A stretch of 64,000 nucleotides of DNA. It comes from Ranitomeya imitator (taxonomy: Eukaryota). Below, one piece after another: positions 24,440 through 36,700 of the stretch. Positions within the stretch are counted from its first letter, which is position 1, and every line of letters starts with the position of its first letter. The notes below the pieces were generated by a model. The model was not told where the DNA came from. It made no database searches and worked only from the letters and a program-made list of their open reading frames with translations. The position numbers and the translations under genes were made by a program. The DNA lies in contig NC_091286.1 of the NCBI RefSeq assembly GCF_032444005.1, positions 460,598,001 through 460,662,000 on the forward strand, given 5' to 3'.

Positions 24440-26600
24440 GACTGGACCGTCTGGTGTACAGATGAGAACTGGCAAGATTTTATCTGGAAATCTTCGTCCC
24501 CGGCTGCAGCAGGATTCTTCTTTGTAAAGAAGAAGGACTGTTCACTTTGACCCTGTATCGACTATAGGTGACTCAGATAACTTTCTAAAATAAATATCTT
24601 CTTACCATCATCTCTGAGCTGTTCAATCATCTTAAAGGTTCCAGAATCTTCATGAAACTAAACCTTCAGGGGGGCATACAACCTGATCCAGATTCACCAG
24701 GAAGATGAATGGAAAATGGCCTTTAATACCCGTGATATCCACTATGAATATTGGGTTATGCCATTTGGACTTTGTAGCACACCAGCAGACTTTCAAGAAC
24801 TGGTGAACAACATCTTCCAGGATCTTCTCTACTCATGTGTAGTAGTGTACTTGGACGATATCTTGGTGTTTTCCCCAGATCTGCCTTCACACCAAAGAGA
24901 TCTATGTCAGGTTCTGCAGAGGTTGAGGAAGAGCTGTCTATACACCAAATTTGAAAAGTGCGTTGTTGAGCAGACTTCTCTTCCGTTTCTTGGATACATT
25001 ATCTCCGAGACAAGACTGAGATGGATCCTGGGAAAGTGTCCACTGTCCTGGTGGGGCCCCGTCCAGATGGTTTGAAAGCCATCCAATGGTTTCTCAGATT
25101 CGTAAATTACTATCACCAGTTCATTCCCCATTTCTCCTCCCGGACTGTTCCTATCTCTGCCCTGACCCGAAAGGAGGTCAATCCTAAGATATGAACTCCT
25201 CAGTGCATTCGTGTAATTAAAACAGGCCTTCTCTTCTGCTCCTGTGCTGCATCATCCAGACAATAATAAGCAGTTCTTTCTTGAGGTGAATGCTTCTTCC
25301 TCAGAGGCCAGAGCTGTTCTTTCCCAGAAGTTCTCATCCAGCCACATGGTGACCTACAATTTCTTTTCTAGAATATTCTTTACTCCAGAACACAATTACT
25401 CGATTGGCGATCGTGAACTGCAAGTGATAAAACTGGCATCTGGTGGTAATCTACATGGACCACAAGAATCTAGCCTATTTGCAGTCCACCCAATGGCTTA
25501 ATCCACGACAGACCAGGTGGTCTCTGTTCTTCGTTCACTTCAACTTTACTCTCCACTTCCGGCCGACAGATAAAAACATCAAAGCAGATGCACTTCCCAC
25601 ATCATTTCTGCCTTCTGATCAGGAGAAGGAGCCTCAACACATTATTTAGTCCTCCAAAATAATTATGGTCACTCTATTAAATTTGTCTCGTCTCTGCTCC
25701 AGTAAGACTTATGCTGCTGAACCAGATAGGAAGTGGGTCCTTCTCTGGGGTTACTCATCTAAATTGGCTGCCCATGCCAGACAGAAGAAGACAGAGCTCC
25801 TCATTTCCTGACATTATTAGCGACCGACTCTGAGCAAGCATATCGCAGATTTTGTCTCTGCCTGTTCCTCTTGTGCCCAAAACAAAACTACTGAACCACT
25901 TCCGACCAGTCGGTTACTTCCTCTGCCTGTACCTTTAGCTCTCTGGTAACATATTGCAATGGATTTCATCACTGATCATCCAGTATCGGCCGGGTCTACC
26001 ATCATCTTGGTGGTTGCAGATTGCTTCTCCAAGATGGCTCACTTCACTCCACTGCTTGGTCTTCCATCTGAACCTGTGCTTGCAGAGAAATTTATTCTAC
26101 ATTTATTCCACCTCCACGGTCTGCCGCTCCATATGGTCTCAGATAGAGGCGTCCAGTTTTCTTCATGCTTTTGGAAGGCCTCCTGCAAGCTACTGAATGT
26201 AACATGGTATTGCTTATCAGCCTACCATCCTCAGTCCAATGGCCAGGTAGAGCGGATCAATTAGATCCTGACTAACATCCTTCACAACTTCGTGAATGCC
26301 CATCACAGTGACTGGGCTGAACTCCTGCTTTGGGCTGAGTTCTCATACAGTAACCATGTGAGTGAATCCTCTGCCACAGTTCCATTCTTTGTGGTTTGCA
26401 GTCAGCATTTCATTCACTGTCTCTAATACCTCTGATAATCTTGCTGCTGAATCCCACATCAAGTGTTTTCCTGAAATCTAGGAAGACACCAAGTCCACGT
26501 CATTGAAGTACTCTGAGCGGATGAAAAGACACACAGACAAGGGACATCTGGATCCGCCTCTGTTTCATCCTGGGGACAAGGTCTAGTTGTGCCCCTCCAG
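24440..26600 (+). mobile_element. Second decayed Gypsy chromovirus pol fragment (RT-RH-IN), no LTRs recognised
   Basis: [38 protein letters not shown] and VSDRGVQF, spread over many broken frames. Confidence 0.88.
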
Positions 26601-27571
26601 GCTCTCCTCAGACCACGGCACAATGGTTCCACCATTCCCGTTAAAGAGAACAGGGTGAGAGAGTGGGACACATGGGATTATGGTCATGGGGACCTGCAGA
26701 TCACTGTACTTAGAGGAAAAATAACTTTAGGATGTTTTGGAAGTAGGAAAAAGTTAAGAAAAATATTGTATTATCACAGTTTTAATTCCCCCTACAAAAC
26801 GTCATCCAGTCAAATTTTGGCCAAGTATAATGTTTTTTCCTCAAAAATAACCCATTCCCAGAAATAGTTCCTAAAATGCAAGCATTCTGTTGTGGCTGCA
26901 TCACATGACAACAGGCTTAGCACTGTAATAGACACAGTTATAATTATTCCCTTTAGATCAAACAATAACAAGATATAAAAGAACAGATGGTTCTCTCAAA
27001 TCCTTCTTGCCTTAGAAGACAAAAACAGAACGAATGAGCTCATCTGATGCAAGTAGAGACACAAGAAGTTTGGATGAGTGTGAAATGTACTTGAGGTTAT
27101 AAAACAAAAACTTCCCAGGGACAAATACTCACTTTTCATAGAAAAAAAATAACAAAATGTAACTTGTATGTGTTTTAGAAAGGGAGAAAATCTTTCTTGC
27201 TTTATCTAAGTCTCCTCAGTTCTCTTTACACTTTTATCTCACGCTTCAGATAACACAACGCTAATACAATGCCACGCTATGTTCACCAATTTATTTTCTT
27301 TAATGTATCAATAAGCACTGTATTAAAGAACCATTGTATTTAAGATAAGGCTGTATTATCAAATTACCATTCACTGTATTCATTTTTATCTCTTTTATTT
27401 GTGTTCTTTTAGGCTGTTTACGCATTTTACTGAGGCTTCTTGTGTTATTGGTTGACCTTGTGATGTTTTCCCTTTCATCTTTTTAATATTTTTATTCTGT
27501 CCCTTTCTTTGTTGATTTTACTTCAAGAGATCGGTTGAGTGCTGTGATTATCACTGAAGAGACATCATATG

Positions 27572-28700
27572 TAGAGATGAGCGAACCTTTCAAGGTTCTG
27601 TTCGGATTCGCCGAACAGACTGCCATTCGCTAAATGTACCCGAACTCCATTAGATTCATTGGGAGGCAAACCAAACACATAGACAACACCTTAAAAGGTG
27701 ACAAAAAGCTTCCCAAACAGACAGGGGCAGACACCATGAAAAGTGGCATCAATTGACCCACAGTAGAAATTTGCAAATGGCACAGCAGCAGTCAGCCATG
27801 GCACATGCACGAAGTATCAGGCTCTGGCCCAGCATTTAGAGCTTAGAATTGAGGTTTTCAATGAGGACCTGGTGGTTAAGGGAGTGGTGAAAGCCTTCTT
27901 AGCTGGGAGACCTGATACCTCATGAAACACCTCCATTTTATTTTATTCCAGCGACATTCAGATGGCGTAAACATCAGTTTCATACATTGATATTGGTAGA
28001 AAAATGTAAATGAAAGTAACACAGGTTGTTGACTGATCAATTGACCCACAGTAGAACCTTTTATAATGGCACAGCAGCAGTCAGCCATGGCCCATGCATC
28101 AGGTATCAGGGTCTGGCTCAGCATTTACGGCTTGAAATTTAAGTTTAATGAGGACCTGGTGGTTAAGCAAGTGGGGTAAGCATTGTTAGCTGCAAGAAAG
28201 GAAAGGAAAGTAGCACGGGTAGTTGACTTAAACTAAGTGCAGGCCTTCCAGTCTGGGAGCTTTATTTACACAGACAACTTAAGTTGACATCTGCAAATTT
28301 AAAAAAATAATTGTCACACACCACTAAAGTGGCATCAATTTCCATAGTGTAGAATCAGTATAATAGGTCTTTGATAGACCTTCCACTACAGGCAACCCAC
28401 CAGATAGAGACCCAACTTGGAGTTTCCACATTTCAAAAAATAATTGTAACTGTGTGTGATGTTAAGGTGGAGGAAGAGGAGGAGAGGCCACTTGATGCAG
28501 CGCTTGCCATCCACTGTAGCAAATGCTCTTTCGGAGCCTCATCTACAAGGCGTACTGTTGTGTGGCTGCCGAAGAAAGGTAAGGGAGTCAAGTAGGCCGG
28601 CCAGTGACAAATGTTGTCAGTGGTATTTGTATAGGACAAGACGGTGTTTGTTGAATTGATCATTCATTCACATTAACACCTAACCCACATACATGTCAAA
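27572..28700. mobile_element. hAT remnant; right boundary approximate
   Basis: Terminus TAGAGATGAGCGAAC at 27572. An internal ~140-bp segment is duplicated (27750-27900 and 28040-28190). A low-complexity ORF-like piece lies on the minus strand at 28433-28663. Confidence 0.55.
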
Positions 28701-28827
28701 CACCAAGCCTATTCCCCTTTCCACCATGACCTCACTTTTTCCCACTAATGTTGTATGGAGCCTTCCCCTATTGTACTCTGCTGTTTCACAACCTTAGACA
28801 CACAGCTGTCAGTCACCTGTTACTAAA

Positions 28828-29005
28828 TTATTATTATTATTATTAATTTATATAGCATCATTGATTCCATGGTGCTGTACATGAGAAGGGGTTACATACA
28901 AGTTACAGATATCACATACAGTAAACAAACTAACAATGACGGACTGATACAGAGGGGCGAGGACCCTGCCCTTGCGGGCTTACATTCTACAGGATTATGG
29001 GGACT
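28828..29005 (-). mobile_element. L2-type 3' end (LINE or SINE tail)
   Basis: The minus strand reads gaatgtaagcccgcaagggcagggtcc...cagcaccatggaat...(AAT)n, homologous to the L2 3' end at 49600-49770. Confidence 0.8.
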
Positions 29006-29441
29006 AAATGAACAATCACTATATAATTTCTTTGATAGTGTGCCTGAACAACACTGTTATGCCTAATGATTTTTCACTGGAAATCTGGCCTTCTGATTTG
29101 CCACTGAAACACATTTTAACATAAATGATTTGGAGTTGCTAATGATGCTTCCAGAGACTGCCACATAGTTTTTGCACAATCTACTTTGATGGTGGAAGAT
29201 CGATTTCACACAGGACAAGTTCACTTTGAGCAGCACCAGCACTGGTGAAGGTGCAACCTCTTTGCACTGTGACACTGAGCAAATGGCACCAGCAAAACAA
29301 GATGTACACTTTTTATATAAAAATGGGACAAGGCGCACAGCTATAAGCTGAATATAAAGAGGGGAGGTGCAAAAGGGCCAGTAGCATGAAGCAACATGAA
29401 CAAAAAGAGAAACAAAGCACTACCGTAAAGCCCGCACACTA

Positions 29442-30495
29442 CACCAAAAATAGCAATATATCAAACTTTATTGGGTACATAAACACAGCAAGGAAACATA
29501 AAACATAAGTAAAAACAAGACAGCACCCCACTCATGGACCCCCTTAGATAAAACCTCCATATAATGCATAACAAGTGGAAAATCACAATCAATATATGGT
29601 ATAATGATACAAGCATAAATAGACAATAATAGTCATATATCCCACTGTGCATATATCAGAAGATGCAAGTACACCTATAATAACAAATAGGCAGGATCCA
29701 CCATAGCAATCATAGAATATATGGTCGGTCAGATGGCCAGTATGAATCCAGATGGGACAGAAAAGAATAAAAGACCATCCCACATCTGGAGTAACCCAGG
29801 CTAAATAGTAAATACATATAACGCCCTAGTCCATATAAGAACAAATACCAAGGCTGGCACGAATGAATGGGTGTAAATCACAACCCCATCATGTGTGCAG
29901 AAAAAATAGCCCAAGGCCCGAAGTCCGAGCCATAGTAGAGACCAAGACTCGACCAGGATAAAGAGGAAGATACCCACCAAAGGGGGCCCCAGATAGAGAT
30001 AGGAGCGGGGTGCGACCCCTAGCTGGGCTATTTTTTCTGCACACATGATGGGGTTGTGATTTACACCCATTCATTTGTGCCAGCCTTGGTATTTGTTCTT
30101 ATATGGACTAGGGCGTTATATGTATTTACTATTTAGCCTGGGTTACTCCAGATGTGGGATGGTCTTTTATTCTTTTCTGTCCCATCTGGATTCATACTGG
30201 CCATCTGACCGACCATATATTCTATGATTGCTATGGTGGATCCTGCCTATTTGTTATTATAGGTGTACTTGCATCTTCTGATATATGCACAGTGGGATAT
30301 ATGACTATTATTGTCTATTTATGCTTGTATCATTATACCATATATTGATTGTGATTTTCCACTTGTTATGCATTATATGGAGGTTTTATCTAAGGGGGTC
30401 CATGAGTGGGGTGCTGTCTTGTTTTTACTTATGTTTTATGTTTCCTTGCTGTGTTTATGTACCCAATAAAGTTTGATATATTGCTATTTTTGGTG
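29442..30495. repeat. Long palindrome with 472-bp arms and a 110-bp spacer
   Basis: Arms 29442-29913 and 30024-30495 are reverse complements, and I saw one mismatch. Identical ORFs appear on opposite strands in the ORF track. Confidence 0.97.
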
Positions 30496-32967
30496 CAACG
30501 TACACTTTTTATATGGCCATAGGGACATACTGTATGACGTCAGCAGCCAAACACCGAAGACCTGGTGTCATGACGTTGTGGATGGTTTTCTACGCTCTGA
30601 TTGGTTGCTGGAATCAACACACATGAAGTTAAGAAAAAAAAATGTGCCCCTCTTCTGTAATCTCTTTGGATGCTCCTCTAACCTCTCCACACCCCTTCCC
30701 CTCATCAAACACGTCCCCTCTGCTCAACATACAGCAGCACTATCCTAGCCAAAGTAATACAAAAGCATTAGGGGAAATGCAATGATTTACTGAACTGTGA
30801 CCGACTTTTGCCGACATTGAGTAAACATGCTTGTGAAAGTGAACACAAATCTAAATGTGCTACATTCGTGCCGAATTTGAAATTGGGGATTAGGGTACTG
30901 GATAGGGAGCCAGAGGCAGTTATATTTAACCCCTTAGTGACAGAGCCAATTTGGTACTTAATGACCGGGCCAATTTTTGCAATTCTGACCACTGTCATTT
31001 TATGAGGTTATAACTCTGGAACGCTTCAATGGATCCCGCTGATTCTGAGATTGTTTTTTCGTGACATATTGTACTTCATGTTAGTGGTAACATTTCTTCG
31101 ATATTACTTGCGATTATTTATGAAAAAAACGGAAATATGGCGAAAATTTTCAAAATTTTGCAATTTTCAAACTTTATATTTTTATGCCCTTAAATCAGAG
31201 AGATATGTCACGAAAAAAAGTTAATAAATAACATTTCCCACATGTCTACTTTACATCAGCACAATTTTGGAAACAAAATTTTTTTTTGTTAGGGAGTTAT
31301 AAGGGTTAAAAGTTGACCAGCAATTTCTCATTTTTACAACACCATTTTTTTTTAGGGACCACATCACATTTGAAGTCATTTTGAGGGGTCTATATGATAG
31401 AAAATAATGAAGTGTGACACCATTCTAAAAACTACACCCCTCAAGGTTCTCAAAACCACATTCAAGAAGTTTATTAACCCTTTATGTGCTTCACAGGAAC
31501 TGAAACAATGTGGAAGGAAAAAATGAACATTTAACTTTTTTTGCAAACATCTTAATTCAGAACCATTTTTTTTATTTTCACAAGTGTAAAAACAGAAATG
31601 TAACCATAAATTTTGTTATGCAATTTCTCCTGAATACGCCAATACCCCATATGTGGAGGTAAACCACTTTTTGGGCGCACCGCAGAACTTGGAAGTGAAG
31701 GAGTGCCGTTTGACTTTTTCAATGCAGAATTGGCTGGAATTGAGATCGGACACCATGTCACGTTTAGAGAGCCCCTGATGTGCCTAAACAGTGGAAACCC
31801 CCCACAAGTTACACCATTTTGGAAACTAGACCCCTTAAGGAACTTATCTAGATGTGTGGTGAGCACTTTGAACCCCCAAGTGCTTCACAGAAGTTTATAA
31901 CGTAGAGCCGTGAAAATTAAAAATCGCTTTTGTTTACACAAAAATGATCTTTTCGCCCACAAATTCTTATTTTCACAAGGGTAACAGGAGAAATTAGACC
32001 ACAAAAGTTGTTGTGCGATTTCTCCTGAGTACGCTGATACCCAATATGTGGGGGTAAACCACTGTTTGGGCGCACCGCAGAGCTTGGAAGAGAAGGAGTG
32101 CCGTTGTACTTTTTCAATGTAGAATTGGCTGGAATTGAGATTGGACGCCATGTCGCGTTTGGAGAGCCCCTGATGTGCCTAAACAGTAGAAATCCCCCAC
32201 AAGTGACCCCATTTTGGAAACTAGACCCCCCATGGAACTTATCTAGATGTGTGGTGAGAACTTTGAATGCCCAAGTGCTTCACAGAAGTTTAGAATGCAG
32301 AGTCGTGAAAATAAAAAATATTTTTTTTCCACAAAAAATATTTTTTAGCCCCCAAGTTTTTATTTTCACAAGGGTAACAAGAGAAATTGGACCCCAAAAG
32401 TTGTTGTCCAATTTGTCCTGAGTGTGCTGGTACCCCATATGTGGGGGTAAACCACTGTTTGGGCGCATGCCAGAGCTTGGAAGGAAGGAGCGCCGTTTTG
32501 GAATGCAGACTTTGATAGAATGGTCTGCGGGTATTATGTTGCGTTTGCAGAGCACCTGATGTACCTAACCAGTAGAAACCCTCCACAAGTGACCCCATTT
32601 TGGAAACTAGACCCCCCAAGGAACTTATCTAGATGTGTGGTGAGAACTTTGAATGCCCAAGTGCTTCACAGAAGTTTAGAATGCAGAGTCGTGAAAATAA
32701 AAAATATTTTTTTTCCACAAAAAAGATATTGTAGCCCCCAAGTTTTTATTTTCACAAGGGTAACAGGAGAAATTGGACTGCAATAGTTGTTGCACAATTT
32801 ATCCCGATTACGCTGATGCCAAATATGTGGGGGTAAACCACTGTTTGGGCGCATGGCAGAGCTTGGAAGGGAAGGAGCGCCTTTTTGGAATGCAGACTTT
32901 GATAGAATGGTCTGTGGGCATTATGTTGCGATTGCAGAGCCCCTGATGTACCTAAACTGTAGTAACC

Positions 32968-33729
32968 TGTTGTGAATTCTGTGGCTGAATTCACTCCTGT
33001 GGTCACAAGTGGGACTGCAGCTTCTGAGCTTCCTCCCTCAGGTGTTCTGGTGAGCTCGTTAACTGCTTCATTACTTAACTCCGCCTGATGCTGCTATCCT
33101 TGCTCCTTGTCAATGTTTCAGTGTTGGATCTGAGCTTCTCCTGATTGTTCCTGTGACCTGCTGCTCTGTATAGCTAAGTGCTTTTTGCTTTTTTGTTGCT
33201 TTTTTTCTGTCCAGCTTGTCTTTTGTTTTGCTGGAAGCTCTGAGACGCAAAGGGTGTACCGCCGTGCCGTTAGTTCGGCACGGTGGTTTTTTTTTGCCCC
33301 CTTTGCGTGGTTTTGCTTTAGGGTTTTTTGTAGACTGCAAAGTTCGCTTTACTGTCCTCGCTCTGTCCTAGAATATCGGGCCCCACTTTGCTGAATCTAT
33401 TTCATCCCTACGTTTTGTCTTTTCATCTTACTCACAGTCATTATATGTGGGGGGCTGCCTTTTCCTTTGGGGAATTTCTCTGGGGCAAGTCAGGCCTATT
33501 TTTCTATCTTAGGCTGTGCCGAGTTGCCTAGGTAGTTGTTAGGCGCAATCCACAGCCGCTTTTAGTTGTGTTTAGGATAGGATCAGGTGTGCAGTCTACA
33601 GAGTTTCCACGTCTCAGAGCTCGTTCTTGTATTTTTGGGTATTTGTCAGATCACTGTGTGCGCTCTGATTGCTAAGCACACTGTGTTTCTGGATTGCCTT
33701 CATAACACCTGTCATTAGCAAACATAACA
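32968..33729 (+). repeat. 5' LTR (762 bp)
   Basis: Matches 37928-38707 except for two substitutions seen and an 18-bp deletion. Confidence 0.95.
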
Positions 33730-33731
33730 GT

Positions 33732-33740
33732 ACAAGGAGC
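33732..33740 (+). promoter_or_regulatory. Putative self-priming primer-binding site
   Basis: ACAAGGAGC is the exact complement of GCTCCTTGT at 33102-33110 in the 5' LTR. There is no TGG-initiated tRNA PBS. Confidence 0.7.
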
Positions 33741-33747
33741 CTAACTA

Positions 33748-36700
33748 ATGATTCTCAATAGAGGGAAAGAAAAAGTTCTGACATCATTTTTTTTTTTTTT
33801 TCTGCTCTGTGTTCACTTTTTTTTTTTTCCCCTAGACATTTGGGTGATTCTGGACACAGGTGTGGACATGGATATTCAGGGTCTGTGCTCTTCAATGGAT
33901 AATCTCGTTATAAAAGTACAAAAAATTCAAGATACTATTGATCAGAAATCTATGTTAGAACCAAGAATTCCTATTCCTGATTTGTTTTTTGGAGATAGAA
34001 CTAAGTTTCTAAGTTTCAAAAATAATTGTAAGCTATTTCTGGCCTTGAAACCTCATTCTTCTGGTAATCCTATTCAACAGGTTTTGATTATTATTTCTTT
34101 CTTGCGTGGCGACCCTCAAGACTGGGCATTTTCTCTTGCGCCAGGAGACCCTGCATTGAGTAGTGTCGATGCGTTTTTCCTGGCGCTCGGATTGCTGTAC
34201 GATGAGCCTAATTCAGTGGATCAGGCTGAGAAAAATTTGCTGGCTTTGTGCCAGGGTCAGGATGATATAGAAGTATATTGTCAGAAATTTAGGAAATGGT
34301 CAGTACTCACTCAGTGGAATGAATCTGCGCTGGCAGCTTTGTTCAGAAAGGGTCTCTCTGAGGCTCTTAAGGATGTCATGGTGGGATTTCCTATGCCTGC
34401 TGGTTTGAATGAGTCTTTGTCTTTGGCCATTCAGATCGGTCGACGCTTGCGCGAGCGTAAATCTGTGCACCATTTGGCGGTACTGCCTGAGGTTAAACCT
34501 GAGCCTATGCAGTGCGATAGGACTATGACTAGAGTTGAACGGCAGGAATACAGACGTCTGAATGGTCTGTGTTTCTACTGTGGTGATTCCACTCATGCTA
34601 TTTCTGATTGTCCTAAGCGCACTAAGCGGTCCGCTAGGTCTGCCGTCATTGGTACTGTACAGTCCAAATTCCTTCTGTCCATTACCTTGATATGCTCTTT
34701 GTCGTCGTTTTCTGTCATGGCGTTTGTGGATTCGGGCGCTGCCCTGAATCTGATGGATTTGGATTATGCTAAACGTTGTGGGTTTTTCTTGGAGCCTTTG
34801 CGGTGTCCTATTCCATTGAGAGGAATTGATGCTACACCTTTGGCCAAGAATAAACCTCAATACTGGGCCCAGCTGACCATGTGCATGGCTCCTGCACATC
34901 AGGAAGTTATTCGCTTTCTGGTGTTGCATAATCTGCATGATGTGGTCGTGTTGGGGTTGCCATGGCTACAAACCCATAATCCAGTATTGGATTGGAATTC
35001 CATGTCGGTATCCAGCTGGGGTTGTCAGGGGGTACATGGTGATGTTCCATTTTTGTCGATTTCGTCATCCACCCCTTCTGAGGTCCCAGAGTTCTTGTCT
35101 GATTATCAGGATGTATTTGAAGAGCCCAAGTCCGATGCTCTACCTCCGCATAGGGATTGTGATTGTTCTATCAATTTGATTCCTGGTAGTAAATTCGCTA
35201 AAGGTCGATTATTTAATTTATCCGTGCCCGAACACGCCGCTATGCGCAGTTATGTGAAGGAATCCCTGGAGAAGGGACATATTCGCCCATCGTCATCACC
35301 ACTGGGAGCAGGGTTCTTCTTTGTAGCCAAGAAGGATGGTTCGCTGAGACCGTGTATTGATTACCGCCTTCTTAATAAGATCACTGTTAAATTTCAGTAT
35401 CCCTTGCCATTGTTATCTGACTTGTTTGCTCGGATTAAGGGGGCTAGTTGGTTCACTAAGATAGATCTTCGTGGTGCGTATAATCTGGTGAGAATCAGGC
35501 AAGGAGATGAATGGAAAACTGCACTCAATACGCCCGAGGGTCATTTTGAGTATCTAGTGATGCCGTTCGGACTTGCCAATGCTCCATCTGTGTTTCAGTC
35601 TTTTATGCATGACATCTTCCGTGAGTATCTGGATAAATTCCTGATTGTTTACTTGGATGACATTTTGATCTTCTCAGATGATTGGGAGTCTCATGTGAAG
35701 CAGGTCAGAATGGTTTTTCAGGTCCTGCGTGCTAACTCTTTGTTTGTGAAGGGATCAAAGTGTCTCTTCAGTGTGCAGAAAGTTTCATTTTTGGGGTTCA
35801 TCTTTACCCCTTCTGCTATCGAGATGGATCCAGTTAAGGTCCAAGCCATCCAGGATTGGATTCAGCCGACATCTCTGAAAAGTCTGCAAAAGTTCCTGGG
35901 CTTTGCTAATTTTTATCGTCGCTTCATCTGTAATTTTTCTAGCATTGCCAAACCATTGACCGATTTGACCAAGAAGGGTGCTGATTTGGTTAATTGGTCT
36001 TCTGCTGCTGTGGAAGCTTTTCAGGAGTTGAAGCGTCGTTTTTGTTCTGCCCCTGTGTTGTGTCAGCCAGATGTTTCTCTTCCGTTCCAGGTCGAGGTTG
36101 ATGCTTCTGAGATTGGAGCAGGGGCGGTTTTGTCACAGAGAGGTTCTGATTGCTCAGTGATGAAACCATGTGCTTTCTTTTCCAGGAAGTTTTCGCCCGC
36201 TGAGCGTAATTATGATGTGGGCAATCGAGAGTTGCTGGCCATGAAGTGGGCATTCGAGGAGTGGCGTCATTGGCTTGAAGGAGCTAAGCATCGCGTGGTG
36301 GTATTGACTGATCATAAGAACTTGACTTATCTCGAGTCTGCCAAGCGCTTGAATCCTAGACAGGCCCGTTGGTCGTTATTTTTTGCCCGCTTCGACTTTG
36401 TGATTTCGTACCTTCCGGGCTCTAAAAATGTGAAGACGGATGCTCTGTCTAGGAGTTTTGTGCCCGACTCTCCGGGTTTATCTGAGCCAGCGGGTATCCT
36501 CAAGGAAGGAGTCATTGTGTCTGCCATCTCCCCTGATTTGCGGCGGGTGCTGCAAAAATTTCAGGCGAATAAACCTGATCGTTGTCCAGCAGAGAAACTG
36601 TTCGTCCCTGATAGGTGGACTAATAAACTTATCTCTGAACTTCATTGTTCGGTGTTGGCTGGTCATCCTGGAATCTTTGGTACCAGAGAGTTAGTGGCTA

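Noticed and set aside
29063-29338. 91-aa minus-strand ORF and a partly open plus frame just left of the palindrome
   Set aside because: No recognisable motif or splice signals, and the plus frame contains stops.
29461-30476. Identical ORF pairs on opposite strands as a gene pair
   Set aside because: They are a by-product of the palindrome, short and compositionally non-coding.
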